Shown here piece by piece: positions 18,734-28,194 of a DNA stretch of 61,509 nt. Both the position numbers and the translations under genes were made by a program. The stretch lies in assembly GCA_002349565.1 (NCBI GenBank), contig DEDN01000007.1, positions 1-61,509 of the forward strand. The letters are read 5' to 3'. The DNA is from Alphaproteobacteria bacterium UBA2903 (GTDB taxonomy: Bacteria > Pseudomonadota > Alphaproteobacteria > CAAGCB01 > CAG-977). Below the pieces are notes generated by a model, which made no database searches, was not told the origin of the DNA, and was given only the letters and a program-made list of their open reading frames with translations. How positions within the stretch are numbered: the first letter of the stretch is position 1; every line of letters starts with the position of its first letter.

Positions 18734-21700
18734 TACGCTTTTCCTTTTTTGATATTCAGCGGCAGTCTGACTTCGGATTTAACCTCGACATACCGCCCCA
18801 GAGGATCAACTTGGTATTTTCGTATTCGCTTAAAAGTAGCTATGTTGATTGTTTTTCCTTTATCCAATTTTTCGTAGGTCTCATCAGTTTTATAAATTTT
18901 TTGAACCTCTCCTTTCTTATTTACTTTTGCCGAAGCTTTGATTTTGTGAACAGTACCGTCTTCTAAAGAAGCTACTTTCATTTCTTGTTTTTCCGCATCA
19001 AAGTCAATAACAGAACATTTTTCAAATTTTTCGCCAATGAGATACAATAAAATATCCTGTTTTTCAAATGAAGATGTGGATATTGAGTACATTGGTGATG
19101 AATCATTCGAACCTATATAAAACTGTCCCGTAGAGGTTATATATTGGTTCATATAACCATAAAATTTTTCTCCTTTATTCGTTTCTATAGAAAGGTAATC
19201 ATCTTTAAACACGCTAAACAAAAACTTATATGTTTCATCAGGTTTTTCATGGTCTTTATCTTTAGGACAGAAACAATCTTTTCTGTTCACTTCATAAAAA
19301 TCCGCCAGATATACAGGAACGACAAAAAATCGTCCGTCTTTTTCAAAGACATCACAACGGAACATATTACTATTTCCCGCCATTCCTCCGCGCACTTTCA
19401 CCCCCGATTTGACATCTTTTGCGCTGTACACCAGTTCTCCCCACCTGTTTTTCTTTTTCGGGTTGAGCGTGTGAACGGTATCTTGATGAATTTCCCCCGT
19501 CGCGTTTTTACGCGGCGGGCGGGAAACGAAAATTTCCGCCAGCGATGCTTGAACGTCTTGATAAAATCCGTCCCACGGTTGTTTGACATGCTGTTTGAAC
19601 GCTTTGTACCACGGTTGCCCGTATTTGTTAGCGTAGGCTTGCTTATTTTCAAAAATTTTCGACAGATGAGCCAGATACTGCGTGTATCCGTTGGTCGCAC
19701 AAGCAATGACAATCGCATCCTGCGCATGGTGTTTGTCGCTTTCGGAACGGTCTTTGCGCAATCCCCATTGATGACGCAAAAAGTCCGTCAATGCTCCGTT
19801 TCGGGCTTGAACGTGGTCTTTGACATTCGCTTTGCTTTGCGAAAAATCGATGCAGTCGTCCAGATATTTCATAATGTAACGCGCCATATACCGCGTGTCG
19901 TTGATATTGCGTTCTCTGAAATCGACATCTTTTTCATTAAAGTCGCGAAGCAGCAGTCTGTCCCGTTTTTTAGAACCCAATCCTTTCATGGCTTTGACGC
20001 GGGCGATAAATTCAGCTTGTTTTACGGGATCTGTAATGTATTCCAACGGTGTTTTATCCGATTTTTGCCGATTTTCGCGCGACAAGCATAAAACTTTGTT
20101 GTTTTGCGAATTGTCCAAAGGACGGGAATACGGAATGATGTGATCCACATCGCAGTAATCCTGTTCCACCAATCTGTGCAAGTCCAGCTTTTCGCCGGAA
20201 TAAACACACTTGCCGTCCTGTTGTTCGTACAAAAGGAACTTCAGCAAATCGCGTCCGCTGATATCGGCCAACTCCAATTTGCTGCACGCCGATGCTTTGA
20301 CCTTTTTCTTTGCTTCTGCATATTCGTTTTGCCTGTCGGCAATTTCTCGGCGCTCGTCATGGTTGTTATAAACATCGCGCGCCAGTTCGACATTGATTTG
20401 ATCGGGCGTGCCGTATTCGCGCACCAAGGCATTGTACACTTTGCGGAATTGAGCCATTGCACGGTTGACGACAGGAACGGTCGTTACCAAAGATTCGGGA
20501 ATCGGCGGCAGGAATTTTCCCTTTTGCGCGGCAAAGCTTCCCCCTGTCGATTTAAAGTCGTATCCGACGGCTTCACAGGCTTCGTTGTATTTTTTGCCCG
20601 TCTGCATCTCGGGCAGAATTTTATATAATGCTGTTAATGACAAGCTGATGAATTTTGAAAAGGACAATCCCGACAAATTTTCAACATCCGAATCGGAAAA
20701 CCCCAGCTTTTTCAGCTCTGTTGAAATATCGGCATCGTTTTTTTGCGTGGCAATCACGGTGACCGCTTTGTCCAACAGTTCATTCGGATAAGCGGAAACG
20801 TCAATCGCGCTTTTTAAATCGTGCCACCCTTTCAGAGCAAAAAATTTCAAGTTTTCGGGTTCGGGTAATTCTTTGATTTCACCTGTTTTCTTGTCAAAAA
20901 CGGGCTTCGGATTGTATTCCACATCTGCAAACCGAATGTCCGGACGATTCGGAAAAAGCTTTTTGCGGATATCCGCGTACTTGACTTCTTTTTTGCTTTT
21001 TAGCAATTCAAAAACGGTATTTTTTTCTTCCTGCGTCAAAAAATGCAACTTGTCGTCTTTATCCCTGATACGGCAGTTGTTGATTTTCGTCCATGCCACA
21101 AAAAATTCGGCGGACGGAGCGTTTTTCGGCGCGCGCGGTTCGTCTTTTTCAAACAGACATTTGCCTATCATTTTTTCGATGTTTTTGCCGTTGATTTCAC
21201 GGAAACGGAACGCGATTCCTTCAAAATCACGCTGCAGTTTTTCGGTCGCCGCCGCCAATCCCAACGTGCGCTGTTTTTCAAAAATCAACTTCGCTTCCCG
21301 TTCGATTTCGTCGCGGGGAATCGAATTTTCATAAGTTGTTTTACGCTCTTTGTCTTGTCTGTTGCGTTTTTTGCCGCCCTTTTCGACAATGATTTGCGCC
21401 AGAGTTTTTCCGTTTTCCAGCAAAGCCCTGTTCGCTTTGACTGCTTCCAAAACCTTGCCGTTTTCCTTGTCCGCCTTTTCCGATGCGATACGATAAGATT
21501 TAAAGCCGCGGTGTTTTGCCAAGTGCGTCAAAACACGGATAAATTCAACCGTTGTCAATTTTTCGGTCAACGCCTTGACGCGCAAATCCCAGACGTCGGC
21601 TTTGTCGCGCGCTTTGTAGATATTCTCTTTTTCGTCAAACAGGGATTTTTGGTCAATCAAGCCGTTTGCAACAAACAAATTTTTAATACCCGCCATACGT

Positions 21701-21930
21701 CTGGCTTTGCGGCGGCACAATTTGCGCTGCAACCGCTTTTGACGGCGCGGCAAAGCAAGGGAACTGCCGTCTTTCGGATTTTCGGCAACGGGAAAACAGC
21801 GTACCCCCGATTTGACAATTTTTCCCGTCGGATAAATGTTGTTTTCGGGATCCGCCGTATCATCAAAATCGACAACCGCCCATCCCAACGACGCAATTCC
21901 TATATCAAAACCGAAAATCCGTTTTTCCAT
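18733..21930 (-). CDS. cas9: Type II-C Cas9 (1065 aa)
   Basis: RuvC-I FGFDIGIASLGW, Arg-rich bridge helix, RuvC-II VELAR, HNH DVDHIIPYS..NNKVL..EN..K, RuvC-III HHAQDA. No csn2 or cas4. Confidence 0.97.
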   Translation of the reverse strand: MEKRIFGFDIGIASLGWAVVDFDDTADPENNIYPTGKIVKSGVRCFPVAENPKDGSSLALPRRQKRLQRKLCRRKARRMAGIKNLFVANGLIDQKSLFDEKENIYKARDKADVWDLRVKALTEKLTTVEFIRVLTHLAKHRGFKSYRIASEKADKENGKVLEAVKANRALLENGKTLAQIIVEKGGKKRNRQDKERKTTYENSIPRDEIEREAKLIFEKQRTLGLAAATEKLQRDFEGIAFRFREINGKNIEKMIGKCLFEKDEPRAPKNAPSAEFFVAWTKINNCRIRDKDDKLHFLTQEEKNTVFELLKSKKEVKYADIRKKLFPNRPDIRFADVEYNPKPVFDKKTGEIKELPEPENLKFFALKGWHDLKSAIDVSAYPNELLDKAVTVIATQKNDADISTELKKLGFSDSDVENLSGLSFSKFISLSLTALYKILPEMQTGKKYNEACEAVGYDFKSTGGSFAAQKGKFLPPIPESLVTTVPVVNRAMAQFRKVYNALVREYGTPDQINVELARDVYNNHDERREIADRQNEYAEAKKKVKASACSKLELADISGRDLLKFLLYEQQDGKCVYSGEKLDLHRLVEQDYCDVDHIIPYSRPLDNSQNNKVLCLSRENRQKSDKTPLEYITDPVKQAEFIARVKAMKGLGSKKRDRLLLRDFNEKDVDFRERNINDTRYMARYIMKYLDDCIDFSQSKANVKDHVQARNGALTDFLRHQWGLRKDRSESDKHHAQDAIVIACATNGYTQYLAHLSKIFENKQAYANKYGQPWYKAFKQHVKQPWDGFYQDVQASLAEIFVSRPPRKNATGEIHQDTVHTLNPKKKNRWGELVYSAKDVKSGVKVRGGMAGNSNMFRCDVFEKDGRFFVVPVYLADFYEVNRKDCFCPKDKDHEKPDETYKFLFSVFKDDYLSIETNKGEKFYGYMNQYITSTGQFYIGSNDSSPMYSISTSSFEKQDILLYLIGEKFEKCSVIDFDAEKQEMKVASLEDGTVHKIKASAKVNKKGEVQKIYKTDETYEKLDKGKTINIATFKRIRKYQVDPLGRYVEVKSEVRLPLNIKKGKA

Positions 21931-21964
21931 AACACCCTCGCTTAAAAATAGATTTAATAACAGC

Positions 21965-21993
21965 TTGACGCATAAAAAAACTTATGGCAATAT
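21965..21993 (+). promoter_or_regulatory. Putative tracrRNA promoter
   Basis: TTGACG-N17-CAATAT with an extended TGn. Confidence 0.55.
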
Positions 21994-21999
21994 CTTTTT

Positions 22000-22158
22000 T
22001 ACGGAAAACACGGATTATTTGCGTTTTTGTTGGAAAGGAAGCCGATAATAATCGAAACGAAAGTTTTCCGAGTGGGGCTCCGACGATCCGGTTTTATATC
22101 GGGGTAGCCGTCCCCTCAGAAGAAAAGGGGGCTGACTGCGCGTCGCCCCCTTTTCGTT
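22000..22158 (+). ncRNA. tracrRNA
   Basis: Anti-repeat 22014-22049 pairs with almost the whole repeat (three G-U wobbles, two single-nt bulges). It is followed by a GAAA-loop hairpin, further stems and a terminator at 22122-22155. Ends are approximate. Confidence 0.85.
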
Positions 22159-22170
22159 TGTGCGGAAAAA

Positions 22171-22920
22171 TCAATCCAGAACTTTATCCAGAAAATACGG
22201 CATTTGGACTTGCCACCAATCCCAATCGTGATTGACGTCTTTACCCCAGATGTCGACAAAGGCGGGGATGTGTTTATCCTCCAAAATCTGCTTCAAGCGT
22301 TTGGTGTCGCCGATCATCGGGTCTTCCCACGCGCCCTGTCCGACGCAGAACACCAGCCGCGCGCGGCGCATTTGTTCCAGATAATCGCCCTCCTGCACGT
22401 TGGGCAAAAAGTCCAAAGGCGAGTTGTAATACACGACTTCGTCCATGTAATCGCCCATGAAAAAGCTTGCCTGATACACGCCCGACAGCGCAATCACGCT
22501 GTCGAACAAATCGGGGCGGCGGAAGAAAAACAAAGCCGCGTACGTCGCGCCCATGGAACAGCCCGTCGTCATAATGCCGATTTCTTTGCCGCCGTTGGAC
22601 GCGCGGCTGATTTCGCGGACGCGGGGCAGGAATTCTTCGACCACATAGTTGTACCACGCTTCGTGGCGGCGGATGCGGTCAAACGGATTGCCTTTGTTCG
22701 TCCACGTTTCCCAGTCGATTCCGTCAACGCAGAACAGCTGAATCCGTCCCGCGTCGATATACGGACGGCAAATTTCGACCATGCCGTGCAGCTCGTAATG
22801 CCAAAACCGCCCGTCGCCGGGGGGAAAGACAACCACGGGTTTGCCCGCGTGACCGTAGACTTTGAATTCCATGTCGCGCTGCAGGCGGTTCGAGTATTCT
22901 TTGAAGTATTCTTCTTTCAT
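22171..22920 (-). CDS. Putative esterase (alpha/beta fold)
   Basis: YGHAGKP, GCSMGA, GQGAWE and HDW.WW motifs. Confidence 0.85.
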   Translation of the reverse strand: MKEEYFKEYSNRLQRDMEFKVYGHAGKPVVVFPPGDGRFWHYELHGMVEICRPYIDAGRIQLFCVDGIDWETWTNKGNPFDRIRRHEAWYNYVVEEFLPRVREISRASNGGKEIGIMTTGCSMGATYAALFFFRRPDLFDSVIALSGVYQASFFMGDYMDEVVYYNSPLDFLPNVQEGDYLEQMRRARLVFCVGQGAWEDPMIGDTKRLKQILEDKHIPAFVDIWGKDVNHDWDWWQVQMPYFLDKVLD

Positions 22921-22923
22921 TTT

Positions 22924-24099
22924 TCAAGCTCTGGCGTTAATGGCGTCGATGATTTCGTTCAGCTGTTCCAAGCTGTCCGCGTACAGCAGGTAAATGTAAT
23001 CCCCCATGGCGCGGGCGGTAATGCCCTCAATCGGCATGTGTTCCATGATATGGTCGCCGTATTTCGCCAGAATTTCGTCGTGGGAATACACATAGGCAAA
23101 ACGGTTTTTGCGGCTGGCGAAAGCGGCATAACGCTTCGGCGTCAAATCGCAGTCGGTTTTGCCTTTGACCAGCACGTCCGCCCAGACTTTGTAAATGTTG
23201 ACGTCGTGGGACGCCTCGTAAATTTCGGTAATCATGCCGCCTGGCGGACGCATGTTGACCTCCAAAGCCATGACTTTGGTTTTGCCCGTCTGTTTGTCCG
23301 TCGTGCGGAAAAATTCAAAGTGAAAGAACGTGTCGCGGATGTCGTAAGCTTTGACAACCGCCGTTCCCGCTTTGCGAATGTCCGTCGCCATTTCGGGTTC
23401 GGAATGGTACATGATGCAGTCGTCGTTGACCACCGTGTCCATCAAGGACTGGTGATAGATTTGGCTGGCGCAGAAAACGATGTTGCCGTTGTGATCGGTT
23501 ACACCGTCAAACGTTTCGACATGCCCGTTGATGAAGACTTCCATAATATACGGCACGTTCGGTTTGTGCGCGAAAAATTCCGCCATTTCGGCTTCGTTGT
23601 GCAGCGTATAAGTGTCGCACGCGCCAACGCCGTCATCGGGTTTGACCACAACGGGGAATCCGTGTTTGTCGGTAAAAGCTTTGCCGTCTTCGAACGTTTC
23701 GGGCAGGCAGTATTCCGCACAATCGACGCCCGCTTTTTTGAAAAACGCTTTCATGCGGGATTTTTGCTTGTGGTCCATAATCGCGGGATAGCGGATTCCG
23801 TTCATATTGAAGTCGGTGCGCAATTTGGCTTCGGTAATCAGCCAGAATTCGTTGTTTGATCGAACTTCCTGAATTTTGCCGTGGTGGTGAATCAGGCATG
23901 CCGTCGCGCGGTACACCGCGTCATAGTCGGTCATGTCGGGCAGCCAGAAATATTCGGTCAAAGCGTCCTTTAATTCAGGCAGCAGATTGTCGTAGGGAGT
24001 ATCGCCGATTCCCAAAACCGTTACGCCGTTTTCCTTTAAATAACGGCAAAATTTCCACCCGTACGTCGGGAAGTTGGGGGAAAGATACAGAAAATTCAT
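22924..24099 (-). CDS. ATP-grasp domain protein
   Basis: MNFLYLSPNFP start, KS.MK..F, VVKPDDGVGA, FFHFEFF and LEVNMRPPG. Confidence 0.85.
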   Translation of the reverse strand: MNFLYLSPNFPTYGWKFCRYLKENGVTVLGIGDTPYDNLLPELKDALTEYFWLPDMTDYDAVYRATACLIHHHGKIQEVRSNNEFWLITEAKLRTDFNMNGIRYPAIMDHKQKSRMKAFFKKAGVDCAEYCLPETFEDGKAFTDKHGFPVVVKPDDGVGACDTYTLHNEAEMAEFFAHKPNVPYIMEVFINGHVETFDGVTDHNGNIVFCASQIYHQSLMDTVVNDDCIMYHSEPEMATDIRKAGTAVVKAYDIRDTFFHFEFFRTTDKQTGKTKVMALEVNMRPPGGMITEIYEASHDVNIYKVWADVLVKGKTDCDLTPKRYAAFASRKNRFAYVYSHDEILAKYGDHIMEHMPIEGITARAMGDYIYLLYADSLEQLNEIIDAINARA

Positions 24100-24316
24100 T
24101 TTTTTTGTCCGTTTGATTTTTTGTCTGGTTCGCCCTGTTTCGGGGCTTGTCTTTTTACCCTTAAAAAGTGGCAAGCCCCGCGGCAAAAGTCAACAAAATA
24201 TTATGTTTTTTGCACCCGTCAAAAAAATTTGAAAAATCGATTTTATCGGCTTTCTTATTTTATCGAAAGATGATAAGAATAAACAAAAGCTTTCATCCAT
24301 TGGGCGGGAACACATC

Positions 24317-24949
24317 ATGACAGCGTGGTTTTTGGATTTTCTGCACTTTTCGTTGGCAATGCTGGCGGTTTGCGCCCCGCAGTCGGCGATTCCCGTTTTT
24401 ATGAACCTGACCGAAGGCATGGGTACCCGCGAAAAGTCGGGGGTCGCCCGCCAAACGGGCATTGCCGTCGCCTGCATTTTGCTGTGTTCCGCTTTCTTCG
24501 GCAGCGCGCTTTTGGACATTTTCGGCATCAGCCTCAATTCGTTCAGAATCGCGGGCGGAATCCTGCTGATTACCATCGCGTTCGGCATGATGCGCGCGTC
24601 CGAAAAACGCCATACCAAAGAGGAAGAAGCCGAAGCGGAAGCTCGCGACGCCGTTGGCGTGATGCCGCTTGCCATCCCCATCATTTCGGGACCCGGAGCG
24701 ATTTCCGCCATGGTCATCGCCACCCAGTCCGACAAAAGCTTTTCCCACTACTTCGCCGTTTGCTGCGCCGGCATCACCGTTGCCGTCGTCGCCTGGTTGC
24801 TGCTGCGCGTCGCCGACAAGCTTGCCGCCGTACTGGGGCAAACGGGACTGAACATTCTGGGGCGTTTATGCGGTATGCTGTTGTCCGCCTTGGGGATTGA
24901 ATTTATTTATACGTCTTTGCGTGCGATGTTCCCTGCATGGATAGGATAA
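24317..24949 (+). CDS. marC: MarC family inner membrane protein
   Basis: FRIAGGILL, PLAIP.I.GPGAI and LG.TG.NI..R..G.LL motifs. Confidence 0.88.
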   Translation: MTAWFLDFLHFSLAMLAVCAPQSAIPVFMNLTEGMGTREKSGVARQTGIAVACILLCSAFFGSALLDIFGISLNSFRIAGGILLITIAFGMMRASEKRHTKEEEAEAEARDAVGVMPLAIPIISGPGAISAMVIATQSDKSFSHYFAVCCAGITVAVVAWLLLRVADKLAAVLGQTGLNILGRLCGMLLSALGIEFIYTSLRAMFPAWIG

Positions 24950-25069
24950 AAACCGCTTATGGCGACCTTTCGGTTCGTCAAGTCTTGCTCAAAATGCTCA
25001 CGTACCTTATGTACGCTCCGCTTTTTCGCTGCGCCTTTCCTGCCGATAGGAACACCATAAGCGGTTTTT
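24948..25069. repeat. ~122-bp palindromic element with 15-bp terminal inverted repeats (RPE-1/MITE-like)
   Basis: AAAAACCGCTTATGG (24948-24962) and CCATAAGCGGTTTTT (25055-25069), with a central CTCACGTAC..GTACGCT motif. Confidence 0.7.
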
Positions 25070-25290
25070 TCAATAATGTTTTGCCCGTGCGGCAGCACCT
25101 TCCTGCCACTCGACTCTCTAAAATCGGTTTTGGCGAACTTTGCCCGTACGGCAGTACTCGCTGCGCCTTTCCTGCCGACAGGAACACCATAAGCGTTTTT
25201 TTCAATAATGTTTTGCCCGTGCGGCAGCACTTTCCTGCCACTCGACTCTCTAAAAATCGGTTTTGGAAAATTTTGCCCGTACGGCAGTAC
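25026..25290. repeat. Tandem duplication, two units of ~132 bp
   Basis: Units 25026-25157 and 25158-25290 are nearly identical; each has two TTTGCCCGTRCGGCAGYAC sub-repeats. Confidence 0.9.
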
Positions 25291-25306
25291 CTTAAAAGGA
25301 TGACAT

Positions 25307-27094
25307 ATGCCCGCTGATTTTGACACGCCTTTGTACAGCTTGCAAAACGTCCGATTGACGTTTGGTGTTCATCCTGTTTTTACGGGGCTGGATTTGTTTA
25401 TCAAAAAAGGCGATAAAACGTGCCTTATCGGTCGCAACGGATCGGGCAAATCGACTTTGCTGAAAGTCATTGCGGGCATCATCGAACCCGACGGCGGCGA
25501 AAAGTTTGTTCAGCCCGGGACGAAAATAGCGTATATGGCGCAGGAATCCGATTTTTCGGAATACAAGACTTTGCGCGATGTCGTGATGGCGGGTTTGCGC
25601 GATCCCGCCGATGCTTACAAAGCGGACAGGCTGATCGACAAATTGGATTTGGCGGCGGAACAGGATCCGAAATCGGCTTCGGGCGGTGAACGCAAAAAAG
25701 CGGCTCTGGCGCAAGCGTTGGCGGGCGAACCCGATATTCTGCTGCTGGACGAACCGACCAACCATCTGGACATTGCAACAATCGAAAAACTGGAAAAAAC
25801 GGTCAAAGATTTTGCGGGAGCGGTGATCGTCATCAGCCACGACCGCGCGTTTTTAAAGGCGGTTTCGACATCGACAATCTGGCTTGACCGCGGGAAAACC
25901 CATACCCAAAACAAAGGATATGCGGCTTTCGAGGATTGGCAGGAAAAAATTCTGACCGCCGAGGAAGTCGAACAAGCCCGCCTGTCCCGCCGCATCGAAC
26001 GGGAAACGCAATGGCTGCGCAAAGGCGTTACCGCGCGGCGCAAGCGCAATATGGGACGTCTGCACCGTTTGCAGGAACTTCGGCTGCAGCGCAAAGAACA
26101 AATCAAGCAGACGGGTTCCGTCGAATTGGCGATAGACAAGGGAGAAATCCTGTCCAAGCTGGTCATAGAAGCCAAACATTTGGAAAAATCATTCGGCGGA
26201 CGTTCTTTGATAAAAGATTTTTCATTCCGTTTGATGCGCGGCAACAAAATCGGAATCGTCGGACCGAACGGGGCGGGAAAAACGACGCTCGTCAAAGTGC
26301 TGACGGGACGGCTTTCCCCCGATTCTGGTTCCGTGCGGCTGATGAAAAATTTGGAAGAAGCCTATTTCGACCAAAACCGCATAACGCTGGATGAAAGCAA
26401 AACGGTGCGCGAAACGCTGTGTCCCGACGGAGGCGACACTGTTTTTGTACGCGGAACACCGCGTCACATTATGTCGTACTTAAAGGATTTTTTGTTTGCG
26501 TCGACCCAAGCGGACACCCCTGTTTCAGCCCTTTCGGGCGGCGAAAAAAACAGGCTGGTTCTGGCAAAAACGCTTGCCAAGCCGTCGAATTTCCTTGTGC
26601 TGGACGAACCGACGAACGATTTGGACATGGATACGCTCGATTTGCTGCAGGACGCTTTGATGAGCTATGACGGGACGGTCTTGATTGTCAGCCATGACCG
26701 CGATTTTCTGGATAATGTGGCGACATCGCTGCTGTATATGAACGGCGACGGCACAATCGTCGAACACGTCGGATCATACACCGATTTGCTGGAAAAACTG
26801 AAAGCTCAAACCAAACCCGCCGCAAAGCCCGCCGACAAACCCAAAGCTTTGCGTGAAAAGCCGCGGCAGCCCGCGCGAATGTCGTTCAAAGACAAACGGC
26901 TGCTTGAAATTCTGCCCGCCGAAGTCGAAGCGTTGGAAAAACAAATCGCGGCGCTGGAAGCCAAGCTTGCCGATCCGAACTTTTATATGGAAAATCCCGC
27001 CGCGTTCGGGCAAACAACGGCGGAATTGGAAAAATCGAAAGCCGAAAAAGACGAAAAGGAATCGCTTTGGCTTGAATTGGCGGAACGGGCTTAA
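25307..27094 (+). CDS. uup: ABC-F family ATPase (Uup-like)
   Basis: Two ABC cassettes, GVTARRKRN.GR linker, C-terminal coiled coil, no TM segments. Confidence 0.88.
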   Translation: MPADFDTPLYSLQNVRLTFGVHPVFTGLDLFIKKGDKTCLIGRNGSGKSTLLKVIAGIIEPDGGEKFVQPGTKIAYMAQESDFSEYKTLRDVVMAGLRDPADAYKADRLIDKLDLAAEQDPKSASGGERKKAALAQALAGEPDILLLDEPTNHLDIATIEKLEKTVKDFAGAVIVISHDRAFLKAVSTSTIWLDRGKTHTQNKGYAAFEDWQEKILTAEEVEQARLSRRIERETQWLRKGVTARRKRNMGRLHRLQELRLQRKEQIKQTGSVELAIDKGEILSKLVIEAKHLEKSFGGRSLIKDFSFRLMRGNKIGIVGPNGAGKTTLVKVLTGRLSPDSGSVRLMKNLEEAYFDQNRITLDESKTVRETLCPDGGDTVFVRGTPRHIMSYLKDFLFASTQADTPVSALSGGEKNRLVLAKTLAKPSNFLVLDEPTNDLDMDTLDLLQDALMSYDGTVLIVSHDRDFLDNVATSLLYMNGDGTIVEHVGSYTDLLEKLKAQTKPAAKPADKPKALREKPRQPARMSFKDKRLLEILPAEVEALEKQIAALEAKLADPNFYMENPAAFGQTTAELEKSKAEKDEKESLWLELAERA

Positions 27095-28179
27095 CCCATC
27101 GCTTTGGTGATCTGTTCCTGCATGTCGAACGTTCCCATAACGGACCATGCGATAACGCCGGAAACAAACAAAACCGCGATGGTGTTCAGCAACGCCGCGC
27201 GCTGTTCAATACTGGAAATACTGGTTTCCAGCCATTCGTTCGCCATTTGGTCAAGCGCGGCTTGGAAGTTGTCCATTTCGGAATAAATGCGCAAATCACC
27301 GATGATTTCTTTGTCGGGGAATCCCAATCCCGTTTTGTTCAACGCTTCGCCGATGTTGTCGCCGTTGTTGATGTAAACCAAAGCGGTGTCGATTCGGTGC
27401 AGCAAGTACGGGTTGGCATCGTGGCGCAAAGAACGCAACGCTTGGGAAACGGGGGTACCCGCGCGCACCAGAGCCGCCATTGCCAGCATCCATGTAACGC
27501 CGACAAAAATGCGGTACAGCGACCAGGGCGGTATTCCGTCCACAAGGGCGCGCGTCTTTCCTTTCCATCGTCCCAATGTAACGTAAATCAGCACGAATAC
27601 CGTCGGCAGGAATGAAAACGCCATAATCCAGTTTTTCTGAATCCAAATGGATACGGCGACCAAATCTTTCGCCGTTCCCGTCCAACGGGCGTTCGGGGCG
27701 GCGTTCATCATCGGCGGCACCATGTACGCGCCGATCGCGTAAATAATCAAAACCGTCATCATGGACAGGAACATAGGGTAAGCGATCGCGCCGACCAAAG
27801 GTCCGATCATTCGGCTGGTGCCTTCGGTAACTTTAATCAGGTTTTCCAGCGCGCCTTCCAAGTGCGAAACGTCGCCGACGGACAGCATCAGACGTTCGCG
27901 GGCGGGCGCCCAGCCTTCCAAAGCGACGGAAAACGGATGACCGTTCTGCAATGCGCGCGACCAGTATAACAGCGCCAAAGCCATCGGTTCGTCGGGGTTT
28001 TTGCCGTCGTTCGTGATAATGGCGCGGATTCGGTCCAAAGCATCCATCAACGAAAAACGGTTGCGCAGCAGGGAAATCAGCTTGCGGTAAATTTTCAAGC
28101 GTGTTTTGCCGCTCATACGGCAGACGATCATCGCGTAATAGCGGTTAATGTCGGCAAGGGAAAATTTGCTTTTCGCCAT
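27091..28179 (-). CDS. pilR: Type IVb pilus platform protein (T2SSF/PilC family, PilR-like)
   Basis: Two T2SSF-like halves, YP + TM, PW..YR and FPD.E.I..L patterns; position after the assembly ATPase. Confidence 0.75.
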   Translation of the reverse strand: MAKSKFSLADINRYYAMIVCRMSGKTRLKIYRKLISLLRNRFSLMDALDRIRAIITNDGKNPDEPMALALLYWSRALQNGHPFSVALEGWAPARERLMLSVGDVSHLEGALENLIKVTEGTSRMIGPLVGAIAYPMFLSMMTVLIIYAIGAYMVPPMMNAAPNARWTGTAKDLVAVSIWIQKNWIMAFSFLPTVFVLIYVTLGRWKGKTRALVDGIPPWSLYRIFVGVTWMLAMAALVRAGTPVSQALRSLRHDANPYLLHRIDTALVYINNGDNIGEALNKTGLGFPDKEIIGDLRIYSEMDNFQAALDQMANEWLETSISSIEQRAALLNTIAVLFVSGVIAWSVMGTFDMQEQITKAMG

Positions 28180-28194
28180 ATTCCGTTTCCTTTC

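Noticed and set aside
18733-21930. Nuclease-dead or transposon-associated Cas9
   Set aside because: RuvC (D, E, H/D) and HNH (H, N) catalytic residues are all present, cas1-cas2 are adjacent, and no transposase is nearby.
25026-25290. Orphan CRISPR array for the nearby Cas9
   Set aside because: The spacers repeat A-B-A-B, the spacing is irregular, and the motif is not complementary to the tracrRNA anti-repeat.
24907-25326. ORFs of 87-139 aa spanning the repeat region
   Set aside because: They are translations of the DNA repeats, overlap marC/uup, and have no protein-like features.
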